DNA of 64,000 nucleotides from an uncultured Pseudomonadota bacterium (GTDB lineage Bacteria; Oederibacteriota; Muellerivitia; Muellerivitales; Muellerivitaceae): NCBI GenBank assembly GCA_963770835.1, contig CAVYRH010000026.1, positions 96,001 to 160,000 of the forward strand, read 5' to 3'. Shown piece by piece: positions 38,185 to 47,957 of this stretch (position 1 is its first letter; each line of letters starts with the position of its first letter). The notes under the pieces were generated by a model. It saw only the letters and a program-made list of their open reading frames with translations, ran no database searches and was not told where the DNA came from. The position numbers and the translations under genes were made by a program.

Positions 38185-38871
38185 ATGAATTGGCGCTTGA
38201 TACCTTCCACCTGCTTGCCGAGCCCCGGCCAAATGGCCTATGACGCCGAACTTTTCAAGGGCTTCCAAGCGGGCCAGCCGCCCATCCTCCGGTTCTTTTT
38301 CTTTGAGCAACCAACCCTGACCCTTGGAAGATTGGAGGCCCGCAGACTGAATTTGGAGACCCTGCCTTACCCCCACCAAATCCGTCCCACCGGCGGCCGG
38401 GCGGTTTTGCACGGCGGGGGGGACCTCTGTTATTCCATCGTGGCCGCCACCGATGACCCCCTGGTGGGAGGCGCCCTTTTGGAAAGCTACCGCAAGGTCA
38501 GCGGGGTCCTGGCCTACGCCCTTCGCGGACTCGACCGGGAAGTCAGGCTTTCCGACGAAAAACACCCAGGTCTTGAAGCCGGCCATTGTTTTTCCGCGCC
38601 GTCCTTCGCCGAACTCACGCTTCACGGGAAAAAAGTGGCAGGAGGGGCCCAGGCCCGGGAAGGCGGGATTTTCCTGCAACAAGGGGTTATTCTTCTGTCC
38701 GTGGCCGAGGGTTGGAAATCCCTGTTTTCGAATGAGGCCGCTGGGGTCATGGCGGGCTTGAACGATGACAAAACCCTCCCCGCGGTAAGCCGGCTGGACG
38801 TGGAGCGGGCCGTGACGGGGGCCTTTGAGGAAACGGGCGTTGTTTTTGAGAAACATTTTGCGCCAGTATGA
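38185..38871 (+). CDS. lipoate-protein ligase/octanoyltransferase (LipM/LplA family)
   Basis: MAYDAEL, RPTGGRAVLH, LCYS, CF, GKKVAGGAQ. Confidence 0.85.
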   Translation: MNWRLIPSTCLPSPGQMAYDAELFKGFQAGQPPILRFFFFEQPTLTLGRLEARRLNLETLPYPHQIRPTGGRAVLHGGGDLCYSIVAATDDPLVGGALLESYRKVSGVLAYALRGLDREVRLSDEKHPGLEAGHCFSAPSFAELTLHGKKVAGGAQAREGGIFLQQGVILLSVAEGWKSLFSNEAAGVMAGLNDDKTLPAVSRLDVERAVTGAFEETGVVFEKHFAPV

Positions 38872-38952
38872 TTTTCCTTAGGCCAGGGACGACGCTCACT
38901 GGATACAATCGAGCGTCTTCCAAACTATTGTTTTTTTAGAAAGGCTTTTCCC

Positions 38953-40236
38953 GTGAAAAAATTCGATGCCCTCGTCGTGGGCGGCGGGCCGGGCGGCTAT
39001 ACGGCGGCCCTGATGCTTTCCCAGCAGGGAAAGACCGTCGCGCTTTTTGAGAAAAGAAAAATCGGCGGCTCTTGCCTGCATGTGGGCTGCATTCCCACCA
39101 AGCTTTTGCAATCCGCCGCCCACCGCTATTACACGCTTTCCAAGGAAGGCGCGGCCTGGGGCATCGAGGCCGACAACATCCGGTTCAATTTCCAGACCTT
39201 GGTGGACCGCACCCAAAAGACCATTTCGATCCTCGAACGGGGCATCGTGGCCCAGCTTTCCGCCGCCAAGGTGGAAGTGGTGCAGGGCGAGGCCCAAGTC
39301 AAGGGCAAGGACTTGGTGCAATGCAACGGCGGGGAATACCAGGGCAGATCCCTCATCCTGGCCATGGGCTCGAGGCCGCGGCGCCTTCCGGCCTTCCCGG
39401 TGGGGGGCAACGTCGTCACCAGCGACGAACTCCTGGGCCAACCCCAATTTCCCAAGTCCCTTTTGATCGTGGGCGCGGGCGTCATCGGCCTGGAATTCGC
39501 CTGCCTTTACGCGCAGCTGGGGGTGAAAGTGCGGATAGGCGACGTCCTGCCCAAGCTCCTTCCCAATATGGATGAGGAAATGGGGCAGGTGATCCTGAAC
39601 TCGGTGCGCAAACTGGGCGTGGAAGTGGAGCTGGGCCTCCTGGAAGTGGCGCACAAGAATGAGGAGTTGATCCTGGTTTCCGCCGGACGCATGGCCAATT
39701 CCGACAACTCCGGCGTGGGTAACCTGGGCTTGAGGGCGCCGGGGGGCAAGATCGAAACCAACGGCTTCCTGGAAACATCGGTGCCGGGCGTTTTCGCCAT
39801 CGGCGACCTGACGGGGAAATATCCCTACGCCCACACGGCTTATGAGCACGCCCGAATCGTGGCGGCGCGTTTGGCGGGCGGGAAAGAGGAAATGGACGAC
39901 GCCAAGGTGCCCCACGTGGTCTTTACCTCGCCGGAGATCGCCTCAGTGGGTTATACCGAAACCGAAGCCAAGATGCGGTTTAAGAACGCGAAAGCCTTGA
40001 AGCACAACTTCGCGGCCAACAGCAAGGCCCGCATCCTTGGGGAAATCGGCGGATGGTCCAAGACGGTTTATGACGGCGACACGGGCGTCATTTTAGGCGT
40101 CCACGTGACCGGCCCGGAGGCCACCGACCTGATCGGTGAGGCATGCGTTCTCGTGAGCCAAAAGATCACCCTTGATGCCCTGGACAAAGTGGTCCATCCC
40201 CACCCTACCTTGAATGAGATATTCGGTACTCATTGA
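38953..40236 (+). CDS. lpdA: dihydrolipoyl dehydrogenase
   Basis: VGGGPGGY, GGSCLHVGCIPTK, VGAGVIGLE, FAIGD, HPHPTLNE. Confidence 0.88.
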   Translation: MKKFDALVVGGGPGGYTAALMLSQQGKTVALFEKRKIGGSCLHVGCIPTKLLQSAAHRYYTLSKEGAAWGIEADNIRFNFQTLVDRTQKTISILERGIVAQLSAAKVEVVQGEAQVKGKDLVQCNGGEYQGRSLILAMGSRPRRLPAFPVGGNVVTSDELLGQPQFPKSLLIVGAGVIGLEFACLYAQLGVKVRIGDVLPKLLPNMDEEMGQVILNSVRKLGVEVELGLLEVAHKNEELILVSAGRMANSDNSGVGNLGLRAPGGKIETNGFLETSVPGVFAIGDLTGKYPYAHTAYEHARIVAARLAGGKEEMDDAKVPHVVFTSPEIASVGYTETEAKMRFKNAKALKHNFAANSKARILGEIGGWSKTVYDGDTGVILGVHVTGPEATDLIGEACVLVSQKITLDALDKVVHPHPTLNEIFGTH

Positions 40237-40449
40237 AGGTGGGGATGGAGGGGGCATGGGGGGGTTACCCCCATGGTTTTGGAAGGGTACACAGGGGAGC
40301 TTCCCTGTGAGCGCGAAGCGCCCATCCTCATCCAACTTTAAATGAGATATTCGGAACACATTAAGGATGTGAGTGAACGGGGAGTGGGGCGCAGCCCCAC
40401 TGATTCGAGACGGGGTATCATTAGGGGGACTTTCCCCTATGAGCGAAGC
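40195..40449 (+). repeat. tandem unit: lpdA last 14 codons plus paired hairpins, two copies
   Basis: HPHPTLNEIFGTH* is encoded at 40195-40236 and 40323-40364. Each copy is followed by two GC hairpins and GAGCG(CG)AAGC. Confidence 0.85.
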
Positions 40450-40457
40450 TGGAGGCT

Positions 40458-40844
40458 CTAGGTCCGGTTTTTCTGGACCGAATCCAACAAATCCTTTTGC
40501 CGGGGGGTAAGGGAGGACCAGTGCCTTTGCAGATATCCGGCGTTCTCCACGATTTGATGGAGGTAGAACTGGATGCCGGCTTGTTCATTGTTGATACGTT
40601 CCTGGAAGACCTGTATTTCATCCGAAGAGAGCTGCCCCGCGGGCATGGCCGCCAAATTTTGCTGAAGGCGGGATAGGTCGACCTGAAGGAAATCCAAATC
40701 CGATTCGGCTTTTTGAAGGTGAGCCGCACGCGAAGGAATGTCCCCTTGAAGCCCGCCCTTTTTCACGTGATAGGCTGCTCCCGCGCTTCCAACGAGGAGT
40801 CCGGCACCAATCAAAGCTAAAATGAATTTATTGGGTAGGTTCAT
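40458..40844 (-). CDS. hypothetical protein, N-terminal TM/signal plus coiled coil
   Basis: Hydrophobic N-terminus, helical remainder; start uncertain. Confidence 0.55.
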   Translation of the reverse strand: MNLPNKFILALIGAGLLVGSAGAAYHVKKGGLQGDIPSRAAHLQKAESDLDFLQVDLSRLQQNLAAMPAGQLSSDEIQVFQERINNEQAGIQFYLHQIVENAGYLQRHWSSLTPRQKDLLDSVQKNRT

Positions 40845-41047
40845 TAAATGACTATTTGTAAATTCCATGTAAATTAATATACCGCGAAAGAAACAATAAA
40901 ACCAGGCCTATTGATTGTTTTGCCCGAATTTTGGCTAAGTATGTCGTTGCTTGGGGAAGCTTACGAATCAGGCGCGGTTGCAGGGAGCCCGCGCAAGAAG
41001 CGAGTCCGATAGGAAACGAAGGTTGTCCACGACGGGGAGGCGTTTTG

Positions 41048-41455
41048 TTGGATTCTTTAAAATGGGTGAAATTCCAGCATAAAGAGATTCTATCCGTAAC
41101 ATTCCTTAAATGTTCAGAGGAAGAGTCCCTTATCCAACTGAAAAGCGTTGTCCATGAACTTTCCAGCCGGGAAAAGGGCGAAGTGCTGATGCTGGCCGAC
41201 CTTACCCAGGCGAGTTTTTGGCCAAGGGTCGCTTTGGAATGGCAAAGGCAGCAGCAGTTCCTAAATTCCAAATGCTCGAAAGTCGCCGTGCTGGGGGCGA
41301 TGGGTGTCATTTCCATCGCGGTGCAGACCTTCCTCAATGTGGCCCAAGCCGGGGGACTCCGGGTCGGGGAAAAGGCCCGGTTCTTTGAGAATCCCGATCT
41401 GGCCAAAGAATGGCTGGTGAGTGAGGATGGACAATGGCCAAGGATGGTTGGGTGA
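41048..41455 (+). CDS. STAS/SpoIIAA-like hypothetical protein
   Basis: GGAGG RBS; LMLADLT...KVAVLG...RFFENPDLAKEWL pattern. Confidence 0.6.
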   Translation: MDSLKWVKFQHKEILSVTFLKCSEEESLIQLKSVVHELSSREKGEVLMLADLTQASFWPRVALEWQRQQQFLNSKCSKVAVLGAMGVISIAVQTFLNVAQAGGLRVGEKARFFENPDLAKEWLVSEDGQWPRMVG

Positions 41456-41467
41456 GGAGGGTGATGG

Positions 41468-42754
41468 GTGGCACGAAAGACACGAAGCCTCTTAACGTTT
41501 CTGGCGGCGGTTTTCCTGCTGGGCGGGGCCGGGTGCGGGGCTCCCGAATCCAAACCCATCCTGTTGCGCTGGGCCACTTGGGGGGATGTTTCCGGAACCA
41601 ATATCCTCCAGGCGGCGGTGGATGGATTCAAGAAAGCCCATCCCGGAGTGGAGGTCCGGTTGGAACGCACCCCCTTCGGCGAATATACCAGCAAACTCTT
41701 GGTTCAATATTCGGCGGGAATGGCCCCCGACGTCATGGCGGTGAATTGCGACATGCTGCCCGCTTTCGCGGCCAAGGGGGTCCTGGCCGACCTCAAGCCT
41801 TACGTGGACAAAGACCCTTCGATCCAATTAAGCGATTATTTTCCCGAGGCGATTGACCACTACACCGTCCATGGGACTTTAACCGCCATCCCCAGCGACA
41901 TTTCCCCCATCTGCGTTATTTATTACAACAAGAAAAAATTCGACGAGGCCCGGTTGCCTTATCCCAAGGACGACTGGGATGTGGATCGGTTCCTTAAGAC
42001 CGCTCAACAATTGATGAAAAAAGATTCCCAGGGGAATGTCACCCAATACGGCTTTGTGGATGAGTGGCCCCTCTGGGACGCCTGGGTTTACACCTTCGGC
42101 GGGCAAATGGTGGATGACGAGAAAAAACCTACCCGGTGCACCCTGGATAGCCCCCAAGCCATCAGCGGGGTCCAGTTCCGGGCGGACCTGATGAACCGCT
42201 ACAAGGTGATGCCGGGCCCGGCCTATATCACAGCCATGGGGGGGCTGGGAAATTCCCAGCTTTTCATCAACGGGACCGTGGCCATGTACCACAGCGGCAT
42301 CTGGCAATCCCCGGCTTTCCGGCAGATCAAGGATTTTGACTGGGACGTGGTGGAGTTTCCCAAGGGGCTCCACGGCCACCGGGGCTTTCCCATGGATGCG
42401 GCGGGATACGGGGTCTTGAAAGGCAGCGCCCATCCCGAACTGGCCTATGAGTTGGCAAAGTACCTGACCGGGGAAGACGCGGAAAAGTACATCGGGGCAA
42501 CGGGGCTGATCCAACCCGCCCTCCAAAAAGTGGCCCGATCTAAGGTATTCCTGGACGGGCAAAAGCCCCGCTCCAAGGGTTTCCTGCCGGGGTCGGTGAA
42601 GTACGGCCATTACCGGTCTTTCGACCCCGATGTGATGGAGTGGACGAACTTGGTGGGTTCCGAATTGGACCGGGTTTGGGATGGTACCGAGACGGCCGCC
42701 CAGGCGCTGGGGAAGGCCGTCCGGGAAGTGAACGGGAAGTTTTTCCGGAAATAA
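41468..42754 (+). CDS. sugar ABC transporter substrate-binding lipoprotein
   Basis: GAG-C lipobox; AGMAPDV, LADL, YYNKKKFDEA, F.NGTVAM, FDWDVV. Confidence 0.88.
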   Translation: MARKTRSLLTFLAAVFLLGGAGCGAPESKPILLRWATWGDVSGTNILQAAVDGFKKAHPGVEVRLERTPFGEYTSKLLVQYSAGMAPDVMAVNCDMLPAFAAKGVLADLKPYVDKDPSIQLSDYFPEAIDHYTVHGTLTAIPSDISPICVIYYNKKKFDEARLPYPKDDWDVDRFLKTAQQLMKKDSQGNVTQYGFVDEWPLWDAWVYTFGGQMVDDEKKPTRCTLDSPQAISGVQFRADLMNRYKVMPGPAYITAMGGLGNSQLFINGTVAMYHSGIWQSPAFRQIKDFDWDVVEFPKGLHGHRGFPMDAAGYGVLKGSAHPELAYELAKYLTGEDAEKYIGATGLIQPALQKVARSKVFLDGQKPRSKGFLPGSVKYGHYRSFDPDVMEWTNLVGSELDRVWDGTETAAQALGKAVREVNGKFFRK

Positions 42755-42915
42755 GATTCCAGGTGAAAATTGATTTTAGGCCTTATTAAAAGTCAAAAGG
42801 ACTCACAAAACCAACTAGCCACCGCTTGTGCAGTTTTCATTAAAAAAATTATTTAACAGAACTTTTTTTTGATCTTAAGGCAACTTATTGTCATGATCTT
42901 CGCGAAGGTCTTTAG

Positions 42916-45522
42916 TTGAAAGGATTGAATTTGCTAAAGCGACTATCCGTTATTTTTATCTTCTTATCGATCAGCTTTTTCATTTCAATTCCGGCGTCTA
43001 CACAGACAAAAGATGTAAAGTTGGAATCCGAGCCTGAGGCCTTAAGCCAAAGATCTCTCCAAGTCTTTAACCACGATGTGACACTGACGAAGTCCGCGCC
43101 CGTAAGCTATTCGTCCTCCTTCCAAACTTTGTTAAACCGCGTCAAACTTCACCAAGTAATAATAAATTTTAAAAGCATCGCCTCAAATCCCAGTCCGAAA
43201 AGCATCCAGCCTTTTAAATTCAAGATAAACCGCATCAAACCAACCGTCTTATCGGCTGCCCGAAATGGGAGCGGTGTGGCAAAAACCTTCCGGGACAGCC
43301 TCATCAAAAAATCGGAGCCCGTCCTATTGACCTCCAAAGGCTACGTGCTTAAAAAAATACCTTACCAACTGACGACCTCCGGACTGGCATGGTGGGCGGG
43401 CCTGAAGTGGCATGGGCCGATTACTTGTTATACCTGTGGAAATCCCATCCCCCTCATCGGAACCACCATCTGCCCCTCAACGACTTCCGCGGTTACGGCC
43501 GATGATGGCATCGACCATCCTTTTTCCGACGATATAAATCAAATGCTTTTGGCGGATAACAATCCCCAGGCGAATCGTTCCTTCGCGTTCCCCTTTGTGA
43601 CGGAAACCCCCAATATCACCTTCTGCCTGCCCGCCTATCTTGTCTTTGTTCAACCCGATGGATACCAAAGCATCCAGGCCGATCCAGTCGCCGTCGAAGT
43701 TCAATCCTTGGTTCTTGACGCAGGTGGAAGCTCCATACCCGATTCCAAGGACCCGTCCGGTTTGGAATGGCAGCAGTACCCCGGCTCTTCAATCGCGGTA
43801 AGCCCAGGCGCGGGCGGGTTACCGATCAATTACGCGATTAATACTTTTGGGGATTTATGGGAAGTCAATCTGGGGTTTAATTCAGTCTCCACATCGCCTT
43901 TTGCTTTCCTGGAAGGGAACGCCACTTCCCAACCCGCCAACAATTTGCTCAATCTTTCAATTAACTTAACTAATGTCGCTACGGTCATTAGGTTCGTCAT
44001 TTCGGATTGCAGCAAGGGAAATAACTGTTCGGATCCGGCCTCGGCTTCCCCGATTTTGACAACCTCCCCCATTGTCCTGGTGGATGAGCCAACGGCTTTT
44101 GCCCAGTTAAAAGTACAGCCGCTTTTTATCGTTTACGCCCCACCGGGGACTCAAAGCAGTTGTTCCTACCAGTTGGGGCAGTCCATCGTCTCAAGTTTCA
44201 CCTTGGGGGCCTCCTCTACTTCTTCCCAGACCGATACCCAGGTCACTCAATCCAGCATCGGTTTTACGGCTTCCGCGGGGGGGGGCGGACAGGATCCCAA
44301 CTCGGTCGACCCAAGCGGAGGCGGGGGTGGCAATCCGGATTCCTTCCCCCTGTCCCCCGGCTTTAATTTCAGCACCTCCAACGGCTGGGACAACTCGACC
44401 CAAACGGTCTCCAGTTCTACTTTGACCAATGGTAATAGCATCCAGTTCGCGACATCCTCAACCCAGCAAATCAGTACCCAGCCGGTTACTTTGGATTCTT
44501 CCCATCAGGCCCCGTTTTGGAACGACCAATATTTTCTTTTGGTCCATCCCCAATATGTTTTATGGAATTTGTTGAACCCAACGGAAGGGCAGACCAGTTA
44601 TATCCAATACAACTTAATAGCCGCGAGCGATACGACCGTCCAGATTTCGGTGTATACATTGGACCAATGCGCCCAGGGGAATTGCGAACAAGCCTCCTTT
44701 GCCACGAATGGTTCGACGGAAACTTTAACACCCCAAGATTGCCAACAGCTTTTGACACTTGACCCTTTTTATGTCAATGGCCAGCACTTCCTCACCAACA
44801 ACGCGCCGCCCAACAACACCAGCCCCGTCGGGTCGTGGGTGAAAACATTGACCGTGGGCTTGGGGTCGAAGGAAAATTACAGCGCCTTAAAAACATCCGT
44901 CACAGGATACTCCGGCTCCTATGCAACCACCCTTACTTCCTCGATTACCTCCAGCACCGGGGTCACGACCTCCCTTGGATTCTCGGTTGGTTCAAGCAGC
45001 AGCTTGAAATTGGGAATAAATGGAACCATCAGTAATTCCACCACCAACTCAACGACCAACAGCAACGCGAATTCCCAGGGAGTATCCATCAATTTAAGCG
45101 CCACTCAACAGGCCGCGGTATCGTTGATTCCGTCTCCGGGGTTTCCAATTTTCACTAAAATATTCACGAACAACAGTTATGGAACCTTGATGTTTCCAGC
45201 TTCGCCCCCCGCCGTAACCGGTTTATGCCCTTCCGCGACCCCCTACGCCACCGGCTGCCAATCGATAAGTTCGACATCGATGGCGGCTTCCGTCACCTGG
45301 GCCCAAGGATCCCAAGAGTACATTGTTGGAAGCGGGTTCACGGACACCCAAAGCGTCCTTTTTGGAAGCCAGCCGGCCACTTTTTTAGTGAATTCCGACG
45401 ACCTTATTTCCGTCACGGTGCCGACCGTCAACCCGGCCGCGACCGCGCCTTTCCAGTCGGAACTTTTCATCGCAGGGCTAGGGTTTCAAACATTGGACGT
45501 CGGACCCCTTTTCCTTCAATAA
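42916..45522 (+). CDS. large secreted Ser/Thr-rich protein with C-terminal IPT/TIG-like domain
   Basis: Signal peptide; IVYAPPG; two long S/T beta-like segments; IVGSGFTDTQSVLFG...VNSDDLISVTVP. Confidence 0.75.
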   Translation: MKGLNLLKRLSVIFIFLSISFFISIPASTQTKDVKLESEPEALSQRSLQVFNHDVTLTKSAPVSYSSSFQTLLNRVKLHQVIINFKSIASNPSPKSIQPFKFKINRIKPTVLSAARNGSGVAKTFRDSLIKKSEPVLLTSKGYVLKKIPYQLTTSGLAWWAGLKWHGPITCYTCGNPIPLIGTTICPSTTSAVTADDGIDHPFSDDINQMLLADNNPQANRSFAFPFVTETPNITFCLPAYLVFVQPDGYQSIQADPVAVEVQSLVLDAGGSSIPDSKDPSGLEWQQYPGSSIAVSPGAGGLPINYAINTFGDLWEVNLGFNSVSTSPFAFLEGNATSQPANNLLNLSINLTNVATVIRFVISDCSKGNNCSDPASASPILTTSPIVLVDEPTAFAQLKVQPLFIVYAPPGTQSSCSYQLGQSIVSSFTLGASSTSSQTDTQVTQSSIGFTASAGGGGQDPNSVDPSGGGGGNPDSFPLSPGFNFSTSNGWDNSTQTVSSSTLTNGNSIQFATSSTQQISTQPVTLDSSHQAPFWNDQYFLLVHPQYVLWNLLNPTEGQTSYIQYNLIAASDTTVQISVYTLDQCAQGNCEQASFATNGSTETLTPQDCQQLLTLDPFYVNGQHFLTNNAPPNNTSPVGSWVKTLTVGLGSKENYSALKTSVTGYSGSYATTLTSSITSSTGVTTSLGFSVGSSSSLKLGINGTISNSTTNSTTNSNANSQGVSINLSATQQAAVSLIPSPGFPIFTKIFTNNSYGTLMFPASPPAVTGLCPSATPYATGCQSISSTSMAASVTWAQGSQEYIVGSGFTDTQSVLFGSQPATFLVNSDDLISVTVPTVNPAATAPFQSELFIAGLGFQTLDVGPLFLQ

Positions 45523-45935
45523 ATCCACTCAATATCCAGTGAGGGGTTTTTAAAAACCTCGATTACAACCAAGTTTTATTTTCTGTCCGTGTGGCTAACC
45601 AAAAGCGGCCAGGCTGGGCTTCCCCTTTTTCCTTTTATCGCAAGAATTCCCCCCGCCGCACACCGTCGAAAACTATTTCCAAAGAGCTTTTCATGGACAT
45701 GACCCTCCCAATGGCGACGCGGGGTGTTACTGGCAAAAATCCGCGTAAACGGAAGGGAGGAACCCGTGGAAAAATCCAGCTGCTGGGACAGGTGGCCGGC
45801 AAAACGGCGCAATTACAGGAACTGTTCATCACGGGACTTGCGCCCGGAGAAATCCCAGCGCCAGTTGGCCCCGGGGATTCGGCCCGGCGCGGCCGGGGCA
45901 TTGACTCAACTGGGATAGGCGGTTAGCATCGTTCC

Positions 45936-47192
45936 ATGTCTTTTTCCCTGAAATTCATCGCGGGCCTCGGCACCCTTTGCCTGCTTTGGGCGGCCGCGCC
46001 CGGCGCCACATGGGCTGATAACGGCACTGGGTCCCCCACAGCCACCCCCACCCCTACCGCCCTGCCCGGCCCGACCCCCACGGCCAGTGCCTTGTCCAGT
46101 GGTTGGGTCGGCGCGAAACTTTATACCTTTGACACCGTCTTCGGGAGCAAGGGCTCAGGCCCGGGCGAACTCGACGACCCCGAGGGCATTTGCGTGGGAC
46201 CCGGCGACAACCTTTACATCGCGGACACCAACAACAACCGCATCCAAGTGTGGAATAGCGATGGAAAGCCCGTCAAAACCATCGGCTCCTTCGGCATCTC
46301 CGCCACGTGGCGCAATGACCCCCAATTCGACCACCCCGCGGGGGTGCTGGCGGTCCCCGGCGGCCAGGTCTACGTCGCCGACACCAACAACAACCGCATC
46401 GTGTTGCTGGACCCGGACGGGCTCGTCGTGCTGGCCTGGGGAAGCCAGGGAAGCCGCCACCGCCAGTTCAACCAGCCTCGGGTCGTGGCCCAGGACCATT
46501 TTGGGAACATCTGGGTGCTGGATACGGGGAACTCTCGGGTCAGCAACTTCACTAACGACGGGAAACTCAACTTCGTCTGGGGGAAATTCGGCTCGAAGGA
46601 CGGCTTCTTCAACTTTCCGATGGGGATGGCATTGAACCAGATCGACCAGGGCGTCATCTCCGATTCGGGAAACTTCCGCATGCAGATCTTCAACGACCGG
46701 TCGCCGTCCAACGTCAATTATTCCCCGGTCACCGACGCCACGGGCGCCGTCACGCTGGAGCCCACCCCCGTCGACACCAGCCCCGTCACGGTGCAGGGCT
46801 GGTTCGGGGACGGGCCCTGCCAATTCAAGGAACCGGCCGGGGCGGTCGTCAATAAAACCGGCATGATCTTCGTGGCCGACGGCGTGACGGGCCGACTGGA
46901 GATTTTCAACAAGAGCCCCTTCGAATACTACGGCGAATGGAAGGCCCAGGACGAGAAGCTGGGCCTGGCCTCCCCCCCGCATTTCCGGGGCCTGGCCTGC
47001 GATTCCCAGAACCGGCTTTACATCACCGACATCCAGAACGATTGCGTCATCCGCCTGAAATTGGTCAAGGCGGATGAGCCCCTGATCAAGATCGATGTCA
47101 CCCCCCAGCCGTCGGCAACCCCGGTTCCCACCTTCACCCCCACGCCCGACGACTCAAGCCCCTTTGGGGGGCAGGGTTTTCCCATCCGATAG
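45936..47192 (+). CDS. secreted NHL-repeat beta-propeller protein
   Basis: Repeated P.GI....G.LYIADTNNNRIQ; signal peptide; PT-rich termini. Confidence 0.88.
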   Translation: MSFSLKFIAGLGTLCLLWAAAPGATWADNGTGSPTATPTPTALPGPTPTASALSSGWVGAKLYTFDTVFGSKGSGPGELDDPEGICVGPGDNLYIADTNNNRIQVWNSDGKPVKTIGSFGISATWRNDPQFDHPAGVLAVPGGQVYVADTNNNRIVLLDPDGLVVLAWGSQGSRHRQFNQPRVVAQDHFGNIWVLDTGNSRVSNFTNDGKLNFVWGKFGSKDGFFNFPMGMALNQIDQGVISDSGNFRMQIFNDRSPSNVNYSPVTDATGAVTLEPTPVDTSPVTVQGWFGDGPCQFKEPAGAVVNKTGMIFVADGVTGRLEIFNKSPFEYYGEWKAQDEKLGLASPPHFRGLACDSQNRLYITDIQNDCVIRLKLVKADEPLIKIDVTPQPSATPVPTFTPTPDDSSPFGGQGFPIR

Positions 47193-47348
47193 AAGCGCCG
47201 AAAAGCGGAGGTGGGAAGGCGTGGCTGCGACAGGTCCCCAAAACATTTTTCGAACACCCTGTTAAGCCTTTTCCCCTTTTGCCGTTAGGAATCCTTGTAA
47301 CGGCCTTCTCTCCAAAGTTAAGATGAAAACCTTCAAGGAGCTCTCTTG

Positions 47349-47708
47349 ATGAAAATAGTAGCCGGTATCCTCTTATTGCTCTTGTTCCTGGTTTCGGTCC
47401 CCGCGCTGGCGGACCCGCCCCTCAAGGTCGTTTACAGCACGACCACTTCCACCACTTTCAAGTGGACTTGGCCCTACCACCCGGTTCGCGTTTACAACGC
47501 CACACAGGCCAAGCCCTACTACACCACCGGCAGGGCCCTGGCCCTCAGCGTGGAGGATGTCTCCAAATACCGCTTCTATTACCCCGAGAGGACCTGCCGA
47601 AACGATTGGGGTTATTACTTCCCGAAGGGCGTGAAGCTTTGCCCCCGCCACCCTGCGATTCTCTTTGGGCAGCCCCAGTACTACACCGAGATCATCTACC
47701 AGAAATAG
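47349..47708 (+). CDS. secreted hypothetical protein
   Basis: AAGGAG RBS; signal peptide ending ALA-DP; Tyr-rich. Confidence 0.65.
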   Translation: MKIVAGILLLLLFLVSVPALADPPLKVVYSTTTSTTFKWTWPYHPVRVYNATQAKPYYTTGRALALSVEDVSKYRFYYPERTCRNDWGYYFPKGVKLCPRHPAILFGQPQYYTEIIYQK

Positions 47709-47957
47709 AATTAGGCCCAAACCGTCTGGGTTATTTCTACAATTTTGTCCAGCGTTCCCTCAGGTCGTTTCCTATAACGCTTAAAATTCCCGCTCAAGTC
47801 CACTTTCGAGAGCTAAAAAACCTTTCCGGCTATTCGCGAAGGCTTCCCGCGGTCCCTTTTCACTCCTCGCTGTTGTTTTTTCCCTTGGTACAACTATTGC
47901 TTTAGTTTCCACCGAACTCGCAGGGGCTTTAAAACCGCTGAAACTGGAAGGGCGGGA

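Noticed and set aside
41468..42754. Sugar-binding protein without permease genes
   Set aside because: Orphan solute-binding proteins are common and not notable on their own
47265..47290. TTTTTCGAACACCCTGTTA-like sequence near 47245-47265 resembling an IS/MITE end
   Set aside because: No partner inverted end or transposase was found
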